Assembly (NCBI GenBank): GCA_950097015.1
Contig: CATNEN010000011.1
Span: 5,332,001-5,396,000 of the forward strand
Source of the DNA: Macrostomum hystrix
Lineage: Eukaryota; Animalia; Platyhelminthes
DNA length: 64,000 nt
Direction of reading: 5' to 3'
Position numbers and translations under genes: made by a program. This document shows positions 1 to 11,145 of the stretch, in pieces; position 1 is the stretch's first letter, and every line of letters starts with the position of its first letter. The notes under the pieces are model-generated. The model saw nothing but the letters and a program-made list of their open reading frames with translations, was not told where the DNA came from and ran no database searches.

Positions 1-14
1 ACAAGTTCTGAATG

Positions 15-157
15 ATATCTAACAGGCTCCCCAGTTAATCTCCAGCTGGTTCTAAAACATATCTAACAGGCTCCCCAGTTAATCTCCAGCTGGTTCTAAA
101 ACATATCTAACAGGCTCCCAGTTAATCTCCAGCTGGTTCTAGATCATATCTAACAGG
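15..157. repeat. 44-bp tandem repeat, about 3 copies
   Basis: ATATCTAACAGGCTCCCCAGTTAATCTCCAGCTGGTTCTAAAAC recurs at 15, 59 and 103, with a partial fourth copy. Confidence 0.9.
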
Positions 158-832
158 TTTTCTATAAAACTTTATTTAATGTTTAACGACGTGTGCTTGA
201 TAATGTCTAACAGGTCCTTGGTAATGTCATTTACCAATGAAAAGGTTCATTGTAATGTCTAAAGCGTTCTTAAAGGGGCCAAAAGTCGACAGAATCCAAC
301 TTATAACTAGTAACTTGTCGTAAAAAATATTAGGATAGAAAATATTTTGTTTAAAATTTGTATATAAAAATTAATTAAGACAGTAAATACATTTAAAAGT
401 ACAAAATCCATAAGGAACAACACAGCATTAAGCGGCACTTAATGAATAGCAGGTGAAAATACCGTTTAAGTGTGATGTAAGCATCCTGTAAATTATACTG
501 CTGATAGTGTGATTTTCATACCAAGAGATGACTCAACTATGAGCTACTAGATGCATTTCGCATCGAAAGCAGACCGCTTGTGACGGTTTAAGATTTTGTT
601 ATATTTTAACTCGTGCGAGTCGTTGAAATTACCGCGTTAGTATTGAACACTCACCATAAAACAGTTGCTTTTGCTAGTTCAAACGATCTGTAGGTAGTTG
701 TCAAACTTTAATTATTTTGGAAGCGGCGCTTAAAAACAGGTTATGCATATCTGGACGTAGAAATTGCTAATAGTATGTACACCTGGCTAATAAATCAGTT
801 AGATCGAAAAAATAGTTGTGATTCAAACTCAC

Positions 833-1213
833 CTGGTCGTCATTAACGCAGGAATGATCTGCTCCCTTGTCTAGCAGGTAGAGCAGGCATTGCAGCGACC
901 TCTGGCCTGTCTGTGCGCTGATGCACAGGTGAACTGGGCGCCACCCGGTGCTGCTAGCCGAGTTCACATCGCAGCCGCAGTGCTCAATTAGGAACTTCAG
1001 ACAGTCCAGGCGGCCGTGGATGGCTGCCAGGTGAACGGCTGCCAGTCCGTTGCGATCGAAGGCGCCGGCGGTGGCTCCCGGCTCGCGGAGGCTCTGGCGA
1101 AGCCATTCGACATCGCCTATGGCGGCCGCCATGAACTGGTCCTCCGGGGAGGCCTTTCTGGCGGCTCCTGATGACGTCACTCGTCGGCGACGCATCGGCG
1201 GTCGAGTCGACAT
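833..1213 (-). CDS. ANKRD53: Ankyrin-repeat protein, ANKRD53-like; first coding exon (gene probably continues left of the window)
   Basis: Ankyrin repeats DRNGLAAVHLAAIHGRLDCLKFL and GWRPVHLCISAQ...LQCLLYLLDKGAD resemble ANKRD53. ATG at 1213. Donor CAG|GTGAGT ends the exon at 833; the ORF tail beyond it is intronic. Confidence 0.7.
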
Positions 1214-1520
1214 GATTTTTTTCAACTACCCTACTCAAACTATGCTCAAACTATGCTCCGAATTTCAATGTCAACGAGTGAAGAAAAGCAAAAAATATAT
1301 GTCGCCTATAGCATTTTTCTGTCCCGCTGTTGTTAAGGTGGGCAGGTGTGAGGCAATTTAGTTGGCCGATAGTACACTGGAAGAGAATGTACATTAATGA
1401 AAAAAAGTTGTATATGAGACCGCTGTACACTTTACTGAGTAGAATAAAATTTAGCGAGAAGGGTAGAAAGTACAGTTGAGATAGAGAAGGAGAGGAGCGC
1501 CCAGGTAAGGGTTGGCGTCC

Positions 1521-1535
1521 GTTGCCATTGACAAC
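1521..1535. promoter_or_regulatory. Imperfect RFX X-box in the bidirectional promoter
   Basis: GTTGCCATTGACAAC versus the consensus GTNRCC(N0-3)RGYAAC, one mismatch; lies between two divergently transcribed genes. Confidence 0.45.
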
Positions 1536-1661
1536 GCGTCTATAGGCGGCGGTAGAGTGGAATAAGCATGAAGGTAAGAGGCAGAAAAAAACAGAAACTC
1601 TAGTTGCACAAATCGTGCTCACACAAAATTTCACAGGAAACGCGACGACAGGCACTGACAC

Positions 1662-2105
1662 ATGCCACCGAAGAAGGCGAAAGGCAAGGAGCCAGCTGAG
1701 CCAGCAGCACCACCAACTGGCACCTTCTACTTCTCCAACGGCGACAAGTACGAGGGCGAGTACCTGATCAGCGAGGCTGGCGCCCTGCAGCGCCAGGGCA
1801 GGGGTCGGCACACATCCAGTGATGGACTGCTGTACGAGGGCGACTTCGACAAGGACGCCATGTCTGGCAGCGGTAGGCTGGCGTTCCCGTCCGGCGCCGC
1901 CTACGAGGGCCAGTTCCACGAGAACCAGATGCACGGCCGCGGCTGCTACCGCTTCCCCGACGGCAGCTCCTACGAAGGCGACTTCATCGAGAACCGGCTG
2001 GAGGGCCGGGGCAAGTTCACCGACACCAACGGCCAGGAGTGGGTCGGCAACTTTTCCTTCAGATCTGCAGCGGGGCTGCGGTTCAACCTCAGGATGGAAG
2101 CCTGA
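1662..2105 (+). CDS. MORN2: MORN repeat-containing protein 2
   Basis: Intronless 147 aa ORF with MORN repeats (YEGEY, YEGDF, YEGQF...MHGRGCYRFPDGSSYEGDF). The C-terminus GQEWVGNFSFRSAAGLRFNL matches the MORN2 tail. Confidence 0.9.
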   Translation: MPPKKAKGKEPAEPAAPPTGTFYFSNGDKYEGEYLISEAGALQRQGRGRHTSSDGLLYEGDFDKDAMSGSGRLAFPSGAAYEGQFHENQMHGRGCYRFPDGSSYEGDFIENRLEGRGKFTDTNGQEWVGNFSFRSAAGLRFNLRMEA

Positions 2106-2745
2106 CCTCGGAGTGAAGAAACGCTTTGTCTCATTGTTGATAATTTTCTGTGGACTTGACATTTCCTTTGACTAATTAGGTGATTGATGTGTGTCATTTA
2201 TCAATAATCCGATTCGATTGATGCATGCAGACGACACGTATTCAAATAAACAAGCAGTGACAGTTTCTTTAACAGTAGAATAAGATACTTAAGATTTGCT
2301 AGTTTAAAGTATTAATTCCAAGAAATCATCGTATACTTAAAAAATCGATATAAGTATTTTAAATTGAAAACTTATTATTCACCCGCTTTACTACTGACAG
2401 TGATGTCAAGTAGGCAGATGCGCATATTTTGCTATTTTAATCGTAGCATTTACGTGCAAATAAGCAAATGAAAATTTAAAGAATTTAATACTAATTAACG
2501 GTTGATAAATCCAGTTCTCTTAACCTTCAAAGTTGCAAGTTGCACATCAAGAACGAATTGTAAAAATGCTAAATAGTATTTTTGTTACCTTACTATGCTA
2601 ACTCTGCGCATGCATTTATTATTTTATTTATTTACAGCATAAAGATATATAAACAAATAGGTAGGCATTCAAACTTTCTTAAAATCTTCAGGTAGCTAAA
2701 CAAAAGAGCAAAGTCGCTGCTTCATTTGCGCTCACTGACGCCTCA

Positions 2746-4344
2746 CTATATATTCAGCACCAACAGTCGACTGTTGCCAGCGTCAGCTACCACCAGCTGC
2801 TCGCGCGAACCTCCCGTCACCACCGCCAGACCGCGTGGAAAATAGAGTCTTCCGTCACAGCTGCCGCTCTCGCCGGGCACCCCCAGAGTCCACAGCAGCG
2901 ACCCGTCGTCTGCAGCCACCGCTCGCACTGAGTGACCACCAGATTCACTGACAAACAGGCGGCCTCTCCTGTCCACGGCCACACCAAATGACATATTAAA
3001 CTCTTTGATCCCGCAGCGCTCAGTCGGGTGGGAGGCGACCACCTGCTGGGTGTCAATGCGCACTCTGTGCACCTGCTTGTACTTCCAGTCTATTACAAGA
3101 ATGCAGTTGTCTTGAACTGCCAGGTTAGCCAGTAGAGCATCAGGAAGCTCAGACAGCGTGATAACCGTCTCCATCTCGCCAGTCGCTTTACTGAATGCAA
3201 CAATTTTGTCGCCAACAGCCACAAACACGGAGGCTGCGTTGCCGCCGATTCCCAAGATTTCGTGAAAGCCCTCGATTTGTGGTTCGATTCGACGCACCTT
3301 TCGACCGCTCAGGTCCGTCACTGTCACTGCGTCTTTTTGAGCGATGAACAGCAGCTGACGGTCACAGAGAAGGCCACAGATGTCCATCTTCCAGTCGATG
3401 TCGCAGTGGCACCGCAGCTTCTTCGAGCTGTCCACAGACAGCGCCTGAAGGTGGTCTTTGCGATAGACTGATGCGAAGATGCAGGGCTGAGGCAGAGCCT
3501 CACCGCCGTCACTCGCTGACTCGGCGGCCACCACACGGCCTGAGCGGTCACCAACGAATCCGCTGGTGTCGCTGCACACCGCCAGGCACAGAACTAAGCC
3601 ATCCAGCTTCACCTCGTGACTGAACACGATCGGATCGAACAATGCCTGTCTCGCCATCGCCTTCACTGCGTCGTCGATCTCCTCGGGTGCCGCGCTGACC
3701 TCAGCGTCTCTCCAGCCTTCAGCAGTCCCGTTCACACGAGCCAACGCTCTGCCGAACTGCTCCGACACCTGCCCAAGTCGCTCCAGCTGCTGCTCCGCTC
3801 CCAAGCTCTCCTCCAGCGACTTCTGCAGCCGATCAAAGTCCGCCTTCAAGTCATCGAGCGACAACTCCATGGAAATCGTCAGCTCAGCAAGCTTCGACAT
3901 GTCGCCTGCAGCCTCCGCCATCGCCGTCTCCTGCCTGTAGCTTCTCACATCGTCCATGTCCCGCTGCCACACACGCGCTGTCTCAATCCGAGCTGTCATC
4001 GGACCTGTCAGTCGATCTTCACTCGAATCCAGGTATCTCCGCATTGTCTCATACAGCTGCTTCGCCCGTCGCAGCTGCTCCTCCATCTCGTGAATCCAAT
4101 CTCCTCCACCACCTGCTGCACTGCCACCTGCAGCTTCGGCTTGTGGGAAGGCACGCAGCTTCTCAGCGACCTTCTCCTTCAGCTTGAGGGCATCCGCCAC
4201 ATCAACACTCAGGTGTTCCGAGCACAGGTAGCGCTCGGAGAACGGACCCCGGCCGACTGCAGCTTTTTGGCAGACGACGCAGATTGGGGTGGCTTCAGGA
4301 GGTCCTTCGGAACTCGAGCTGTCGCTGGAGTCTCCACGCTGCAT
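2746..4344 (-). CDS. RING-less TRIM-NHL-like protein (B-box-like finger, coiled coil, NHL beta-propeller)
   Basis: CVVC...LCSEH finger, a long heptad-rich helical segment, and NHL blades FNMSFGVAVDRRGRLFVSESGGHSV and LYFPRGLAV...QLVVADAGNSRL. First ATG at 4344, just after a CTCTTTCCAG acceptor at 4360. Confidence 0.75.
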   Translation of the reverse strand: MQRGDSSDSSSSEGPPEATPICVVCQKAAVGRGPFSERYLCSEHLSVDVADALKLKEKVAEKLRAFPQAEAAGGSAAGGGGDWIHEMEEQLRRAKQLYETMRRYLDSSEDRLTGPMTARIETARVWQRDMDDVRSYRQETAMAEAAGDMSKLAELTISMELSLDDLKADFDRLQKSLEESLGAEQQLERLGQVSEQFGRALARVNGTAEGWRDAEVSAAPEEIDDAVKAMARQALFDPIVFSHEVKLDGLVLCLAVCSDTSGFVGDRSGRVVAAESASDGGEALPQPCIFASVYRKDHLQALSVDSSKKLRCHCDIDWKMDICGLLCDRQLLFIAQKDAVTVTDLSGRKVRRIEPQIEGFHEILGIGGNAASVFVAVGDKIVAFSKATGEMETVITLSELPDALLANLAVQDNCILVIDWKYKQVHRVRIDTQQVVASHPTERCGIKEFNMSFGVAVDRRGRLFVSESGGHSVRAVAADDGSLLWTLGVPGESGSCDGRLYFPRGLAVVTGGSREQLVVADAGNSRLLVLNI

Positions 4345-4526
4345 TTTCAGATTCAAGGTCTGGAAAGAGTCGGAAACAGGCCGTGTGAGTTTAAGACTGC
4401 TGCTGGAATCTGCCAGAACTCAAATATTATATCCGTGTCAAAAATTCTCAACTTCAACTCGCTACCTCAGAATGCTGTGAGGCAGAAAAGTTGCAGAACT
4501 GCCGTAACCAAAGCGATGCTGACGCT

Positions 4527-4735
4527 TGTAAGACTTGCGTACTTGTACTTCGCCCCGCATTGCGTCAGCTTGCTCCAGCCAATCAATACCTCTTACGTCT
4601 TGTGCGCGCACTCAGCACTTTCAACTCTCACCTGTCGTACCCCCACCCCAATTATCGATCCATTAAATATATATTGTCGCCCGCGGGGCAGCGCTCAGTT
4701 GAGCATATTTTCGACCACAAATCAAAGACTCTACA
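4527..4735 (+). repeat. 5-prime LTR (209 bp)
   Basis: Differs from 7364-7571 by one C indel and one A/T substitution by my reading. Confidence 0.95.
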
Positions 4736-4753
4736 GTGGCATCGCAAGCAGTC

Positions 4754-6375
4754 ATGTCTGTGCCCCTACACCTGCCCCCACCTGAGCCTTTCGATACACA
4801 GAAAGAGCCACACAATCTCGCGGCGCGGTGGGCAGAATGGGCCAGCCGGTTCAAGTGCTTTGTGACAGCTAGCGGCATTTCAAACACGCAACAGCAACGC
4901 GAAATTCTGCTAGACGTCGGCGGTAAACAGCTTTACGAAGCCTACGCAGAGCTGACCACACCAGGCGAGTCACTCGACGATCTCCTAAAGGCCTTCAAAG
5001 GGCACTTCAGCAGCAGGCACAACCCCGTGTTCGTGCGGTACGAGTTCCGGTTCTGCACCCAACAGCAGTCCATCAACGCTTGGGTGCAGCGGCTGTACAG
5101 GGCAGCGGAGGGCTGCGATTTCGAGACCCAGCGCGACCCCATCATCAGGGACCAGATCGTTGCCGGCTGCCAATCAGACCAGCTGCGCCGCAGGCTGCTG
5201 CAGACACCGAACATCGGCCTCCAGGACGCCCTGCAGCAGGCCAGAGCCTTCGAATCGGCGGACCTCCAGTCAGCGGCTATCGAAGCCCGCAAGTCCGACT
5301 CTGTGAATGCGGTTCGGCGAATCGAGAGGCCAGCGAGATTGGAGCAGCCCAGAAACAGCAAATGCATCCGCTGTGGCGAGCCGGGCCACAGAACTTGCGA
5401 GGCGGCCCGCGGAAAGACTTGCCGGAGCTGCAACAAAGTTGGGCACCTAGCGAAGGCCTGTCTGTCCAAACCGTCCGGCTCGAGGAGGGTGCACACCATC
5501 ACCGAGGAGCAGCAGCCCGAACAGCAGGGACCCGATGACAGTGACAGTAGCTGCGAGGTCTTCAGCCTCTCCCCTCTGAGAAAGAGGCTGCCGCTCGTGA
5601 AAGCCGACATCAACGGTCGTGCCACAGACCTGCTTATTGACAGCGGCGCGACCTGCAACCTCATGGACGTCAGGACCTTCAAGGCCATCGAGGGCAGCGC
5701 GGCCCAGCTTGTTGAGTCCCAAAAAAAAGTATTCCCGTTCGGCTCCAGCAAGCCGCTGACGACATTGGGCAAGGCCACCTTGCAAACGACCGTCTACGAC
5801 GTCAGCGCCCGCATTAGCTACATCATCGTGAAGGAAAGCGGCACCACGATCATCGGCCGCCAGACCAGCGAGGGACTCGGCATTCTGCGCATCGGGCAAA
5901 GCCAACCGACGGTCTGCCAGCTGACGGAAGCCAACAAGCTGCCGAAGTCTCTCAACACAGCCCTGGAGGCAGCAGCAGCCGAGGCGAACGACCGGACGCT
6001 ACCAGAACAGGAGCGCCTAGCCAACATCCTCCGGGCACACCGCCAACGTTTCGAGGGCATCGGCTGTGTCAAGGACGTCGAGGTCAGCATCCACCTACGC
6101 GAAGAAGCCGTGCCTGTCTGCCACCCACCCAGCCGAGTCCCGGTGCACCTGCGGGAGGCAGCGCAGCGCGAGCTGGACGAACAGCTTGCGGCCGGCATCA
6201 TCGAGCGAGTGAAGGGACCGTCCGACTGGGTGGCCCGCATGGTGGTAGTCCCGAAGTCGCAGCCGGGCCAAGTGCGCATCACCCAGGACCTGCGAGATGT
6301 CAACAAGTTCGTGGTGCCCGAGAAGCAGCCCATCCCGACATTCGAGGAGGTCACAGACGAAATGGCAGGCGCGCC
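4754..6375 (+). pseudogene. gag-protease-RT N-terminus, truncated
   Basis: Zinc knuckles CIRCGEPGHRTC and CRSCNKVGHLAKAC, protease LLIDSGATCN, RT start WVARMVVVPK...RITQDLRDVNK...PIPTFEEV. RT breaks off before the KLD/YxDD motifs. Confidence 0.9.
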
Positions 6376-7139
6376 AAATGGCGTTCCGCGACTACCTCGG
6401 CAGCAACGGCATCCAGCAGCGTCTCGTCACACCGTACCACCCGGCGGCGAACGGCGTCACGGAACGCGTCAACCGATCAATCAACAAGACCGTCAGGATC
6501 GCCAACATCGAGTCAACAGACTGGCGGGAGGCTCTGGAGGACTGGCTAGAAGCCTACCGCAACACCCCGCATTCGAGCACGGGGTCGACGCCAGCCGAGC
6601 TCATGTTCCAGCGGCAGGTCCAGGACGTCATCCCCAGCGTGCAACAGCGACGCCAGCAGCCGCGCAACCTGGCGTCCATCAGGGCCCGCGACAACGAGGC
6701 CAAGCAGCGGATGGCCCGGTACGCCGACGACCGCCGAAGGGCCGCAAGCCACGACATTAGATCTGGTGACTCGGTGCTACGCAGGCGGAGACCAGCGGCC
6801 AAGACAAAGACACCGTTCGAGCCGGAGCCCTGGACCATCGACGAGGTAAAGGGCGACTCCCTGGTGCTGAGCAGAGGGCGCCAGACCTGCATGCGTCACA
6901 TCACGGACCTCAAGCACCTGCCCACAATCGACCAGCCACCGACGCCACCGCCACCAGGCGGGTCAGCGCCACCAATGGAGCCACCAGCGGCAGCGGCGCC
7001 AGCAGCGCCACCAGAGGCGCCTACAGCGCTGCTACCGGCGCCACCCCTGGCGCAGCCACGGACGGCGGGAGGCCGTGCATCGCCGCCGAACGTCTCGAGG
7101 TGCCCACTGCCGCGCGCGTGTAAAATCAGTCGACTGTGA
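6376..7139 (+). pseudogene. Integrase C-terminal half, in a different frame after the deletion junction
   Basis: FRDYLGSNGIQQRLVTPYHPAANGVTERVNRSI...YRNTPHSSTGSTPAELMF is the Gypsy integrase core end. Confidence 0.9.
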
Positions 7140-7363
7140 CTCTTTTGCGGTACTCAAAAGAACGGTACTCAATATGCCGTTCTAATCACTACTTTCGCAT
7201 CATCGTGAACAATACTTGTCATTCATTTGCCATGCCAACAATTTAATACTCACTTTTATTCCTTGTTGGGGGGTGGGAGCGCCTGTTTTACCTTATTCAA
7301 GTTTCGTCTTTGTGGCCACCCTGCTCGTGTTAATCTCCTATTTTAATTTCATTTTGGGAAGGA

Positions 7364-7571
7364 TGTAAGACTTGCGTACTTGTACTTCGCCCCGCATTGC
7401 GTCAGCTTGCTCCAGCCAATCAATACCTCTTACGTCTTGTGCGCGCACTCAGCACTTTCAACTCTCACCTGTCGTACCCCACCCCAATTATCGATCCATT
7501 AAATATATATTGTCGCCCGCGGGGCAGCGCTCAGTTGAGCATATTTTCGACCACAAATCATAGACTCTACA
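7364..7571 (+). repeat. 3-prime LTR (208 bp)
   Basis: Near-identical to the 5-prime LTR, preceded by the PPT and followed by the TSD. Confidence 0.95.
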
Positions 7572-7674
7572 ACGCTCAGGTGCGAATGAGTTTCAATCAG
7601 ACAGCAATCGGAATCTGTGCTCAGGAGTTTGAGATGACTGTTATGTCAGCCCCGTGTCTGTTAAAATCACCTCT

Positions 7675-7688
7675 GTTGCCATAGCAAC
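7675..7688. promoter_or_regulatory. RFX X-box
   Basis: GTTGCCATAGCAAC matches the 14-bp palindromic X-box consensus. Confidence 0.6.
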
Positions 7689-8484
7689 AGTCAGAAGCCT
7701 GATCGAGTCTGGTATGGTATTGCAGAACACAATGAAATTCTTGAGCTGCTCTGCACCGCCAGATCAGTGTGTCGGCAAAGATCAGTGAATGTGAAATTAG
7801 TTTTTTGTTTATTCGCAGTTGCAGCGCGAATTGAAAATAATTTATGGGGTGCCCGTGCATTTCTTTGCTGCTGGGACAGAGAGGGCCGGCTCTGAGTAGC
7901 TGTGAGCACAGCTGAGCAACCAACTCTGCCCGCAACTGCTCACAATTGTAATGTACATTGGGTTGAGTGTGCTCAAATGAATTGGCGGTGCACTTGGCCA
8001 GGTGTACTGTGGTAGAGAAGTACTCACTAATTGAGTAGATTTGGACTGTGAGATGGCTGACTCGCTTGCGCAGCAGAATTCGTTGAGGACATTGTCCAAG
8101 AGTCAGCAATGCTGGTATGGCGGCGGCACGGCTCGGGCAGGGCCTACGCTCTCCGCCTTCAGCATTCAGAGTGGCGGGCGGATAGGAGATGGGAAAAAAT
8201 GCCTCCTGACCTAAAGCCTGTTAAAACTGTTAATCGGTCATGCTGGTCTGTCATGGGTCAGGCTGGTCAACCGTGGGTCAAGTGACTGGAACAATAGAAA
8301 GCAGCACAGGCAGTCTGTCAGTCTATTCAGTGTTCTCAGAGCCAGAAACCGCAGTGGGCTGGGCTGTAAAAGCATTTTTGGCATTCACCTCTCAGTTATG
8401 CCTGTCCCCTGTCATCCTGTCGCATTGGGTTGCAAAGCGGTCCAGTTGCTAAGGCTTCAGGACAGGCATCAGGGTGTAATGACA

Positions 8485-8895
8485 AGGCAGAAGGGTGTCA
8501 GGGCTGGCAGCAGTGTGTCAGGGCTGGCAGCAGGGTGTCAGGGCAGACAGCAGGGTGTCAGGGCAGACAGCAGGGTGTCAGGGCAGACAGCAGGGTGTCA
8601 GGGCAGACAGCAGGGTGTCAGGGCAGACAGCAGTGTGTCAGGGCTGGCAGCAGGGTGTCAGGGCTGGCAGCAGGGTGTCAGGTGAAGCAGCAGGCTATTA
8701 GGGCAGGTAGCAGTGTGTCAGGGCTGGCAGCAGTGTGTCAGGGCTGGCAGCAGGGTGTCAGGGCTGGCAGCAGGGTGTCAGGTGAAGCAGCAGGCTATTA
8801 GGGCAGGTAGCAGTGTGTCAGGGCTGGCAGCAGGGTGTCAGGGCAGGCACCAGGGTGTCAGGGCAAACAGCAGGGTGTCAGGTGAGGCAGCAAGG
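8485..8895. repeat. 20-bp minisatellite (GGGCAGACAGCAGGGTGTCA)
   Basis: About 20 tandem units; the overlapping ORFs have 20-aa periodicity. Confidence 0.95.
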
Positions 8896-9700
8896 TGTTT
8901 TTGTAGCAGGTCAAACTGTAAAAGGTTGCACAAAATTTTGTTTAAAAATGAGGCAAATATTTTATTCCGTTATTGTGTGGCTAATTCCCTACCCAACGAA
9001 AAAGCAGCTGCTGTGTGGATAGTTTCAGGTATCAAACAAACTAGTGCATTATTATCTATGACTGGGTCACAAGGCCACACCCACAAGCACTTACTGTTGA
9101 AGTTCTATAGCTACATTTCTTGTCTCTTATCTCAGTTCGATTCACATAGAAATATATTTCACATCAACTAACAGAATTACGCTTACCGAACGTAAAACCG
9201 GAAGACCTATTTTGATTTGTAATTAATAATCCGTATAGTTTCAATAAATGCTTATTTTAATTGAATTATGTTCTTTCATAGTCAAAGCTGTAAATTGAGT
9301 CCAGCTGATAAATATTTATATGTTTAACCCACCACAGATCAAATGTAACCACGAGAGAGAACCAATGTTTATCTACGTATAGAAAATACACATTTATAAA
9401 CTTTTTGTCCATTTATAGGCAATGCCTGGAATGCATGAATTGGTGACACAGACATTGCCTACACTTTGTAAACGCAAGCGAGTGAAATCTAACGATTTAA
9501 TGACAAAACACAAGAAACTGTTGCTGGTTGATTACGTCATGTTCTCATATATTTTACTGTACCTTTTATTTGAGCAATAAAAACTAAGCAACTTTAGACT
9601 AAAAAAACTACATTTAACCTTTTTGATAAAAAATAAGTACAGTCAGAGAAGGCACCACTAGTTTCTGAATTCAATTCCGGCATACTAAAGGGTAGTTAAG

Positions 9701-10100
9701 CGATGGGGTAGATGAGCGATGGGGTAGATGAGCGATGGTAGATGAGCGATGGTAGATGAGCGATGGTAGATGAGCGATGGTAGATGAGCGATGGTAGATG
9801 AGCGATGGTAGATGAGCGATGGTAGATGAGCGATGGTAGATGAGCGATGGTAGATGAGCGATGGTAGATGAGCGATGGTAGATGAGCGATTGGGGTAGAT
9901 GAGCGATGGTAGATGAGCGATTGGGGTGGGTGAGCGATGGTGGATGAGCGATGGTGGATGAGCGATTGGGGTAGATGAGCTATGTGGAGGATGAGCGATG
10001 GTAGTTGAGCAATGGGTAGATGAGCGATGGTAGATGAGCGATTGGGGTAGATGAGCTATGGGGTAGATGAACTATGGTAGATGAGCGATGGTGGATGAGC
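9701..10100. repeat. 14-bp minisatellite (GATGAGCGATGGTA) with 16-17 bp variants
   Basis: Direct inspection of tandem units. Confidence 0.95.
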
Positions 10101-10389
10101 ATAGAAACAAGTTATCTAACAATTAGTGCATATTTTGTATATTATAGCTTATCTAATCTGAATTTCTGCGCACAATGCAAAAGTTAGAAAATGCCAATCG
10201 TTCAGTGAGGAGACATGGACAAAGACTAGGAATACCGGAAGACAGAAGAATGGAAGTGTACTATAGGTCTGTAGCTACTGTTAATAGCTCTCCTGTAAAA
10301 GCACAAGTTGTGACACGGTCACGGCAGCTGTACAGCATAGACTAGCAGGTACACTAGATTTGGGAACACTGTACACCAGAATCCATACT

Positions 10390-11145
10390 TCAGTTTTTCA
10401 TCTCTATCGAGTCGGAATTGGCAGTCGGGTCAGCCGCAGCCTGGCTCTGCTGCAGCAGGGTGAGATTGGCTCTGGCAAACACTCGATACGGATGGTAGCT
10501 CAGGATCTGCGTGATCAGCGCGATCAAACCCGACAGTTGAGCGAGTAGGATGAACAAAGCTAGCAGCGACGCATTCAGCAGCTCTGTGGTGGCTGTGGAG
10601 TCGCACTGGCTGAAGTACAAGCCCAACAGGACGCAGCTGATGCACAAGCCAACGACGGCGAAGACCATCGCGATGATGCTGGCTGCGTATGCCAGCAGGA
10701 GGCTGACTCGACCTCGTCGAACCCACAGATTGGCCACGCCAGCTGCTAGCATGACGGCTCCCACCCATTCAGCTGAATGGGCTTCCCGCAGAGCGGCCGA
10801 CAACCTTCCAGCCTGACTAGCTTGATCCAATGGCCTCGGCGTCAGCGAGGACACGTAACCCAAGGTGTTCAGCGTGAGGGCCAGCGCACCGCAGGCTGCC
10901 ACAAACTTTGACAGGTAGCCGTGCACCCGCAGCTTCCAGCCTAGTCGAAGGATCAGCTCCGCGGAAGCTTCGCCAGCCGACGAAGAGGAAGTTAGCGTCG
11001 CCGAGAACTCCTGCTCGGTGATGGAGATGCAGGAGGCATTGGACAGAAGGCAGGACTCCTGCTGCTTCACCAGCGACACGTTCAGCTTGCTGTGCGTCTT
11101 AGGTAATGACGGAGATGCTGGCGGAATCTGCGGTGACTCGGCCAT
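10390..11145 (-). CDS. Intronless four-transmembrane protein (CD20/MS4A- or sarcospan-like topology)
   Basis: Low-complexity N-terminus then four hydrophobic segments (FVAACGALALTL; WVGAVMLAAGVANL; LLLAYAASIIAMVFAVVGLCISCVLLGLYF; SLLALFILLAQLSGLIALI). ATG at 11145 follows a CCTTTAG acceptor. Confidence 0.7.
   Translation of the reverse strand: MAESPQIPPASPSLPKTHSKLNVSLVKQQESCLLSNASCISITEQEFSATLTSSSSAGEASAELILRLGWKLRVHGYLSKFVAACGALALTLNTLGYVSSLTPRPLDQASQAGRLSAALREAHSAEWVGAVMLAAGVANLWVRRGRVSLLLAYAASIIAMVFAVVGLCISCVLLGLYFSQCDSTATTELLNASLLALFILLAQLSGLIALITQILSYHPYRVFARANLTLLQQSQAAADPTANSDSIEMKN

Larger units (their letters stand above)
4527..7571 (+). mobile_element. Ty3/Gypsy (Mag-like) LTR retrotransposon, internally deleted
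   Basis: TG...CA LTRs at 4527-4735 and 7364-7571; 5-bp TSD ACGCT at 4522-4526 and 7572-7576; PBS-like TGGCATCGCAAGCAG at 4737; PPT GGGAAGGA at 7356-7363; gag, protease, partial RT and partial integrase inside. Confidence 0.95.

Noticed and set aside
7990-8110. Possible minus-strand exon (MSSTNSAAQ...LLN) ending at a GTGAGT donor near 8027
   Set aside because: Short, with no recognisable homology and no demonstrable partner exon.
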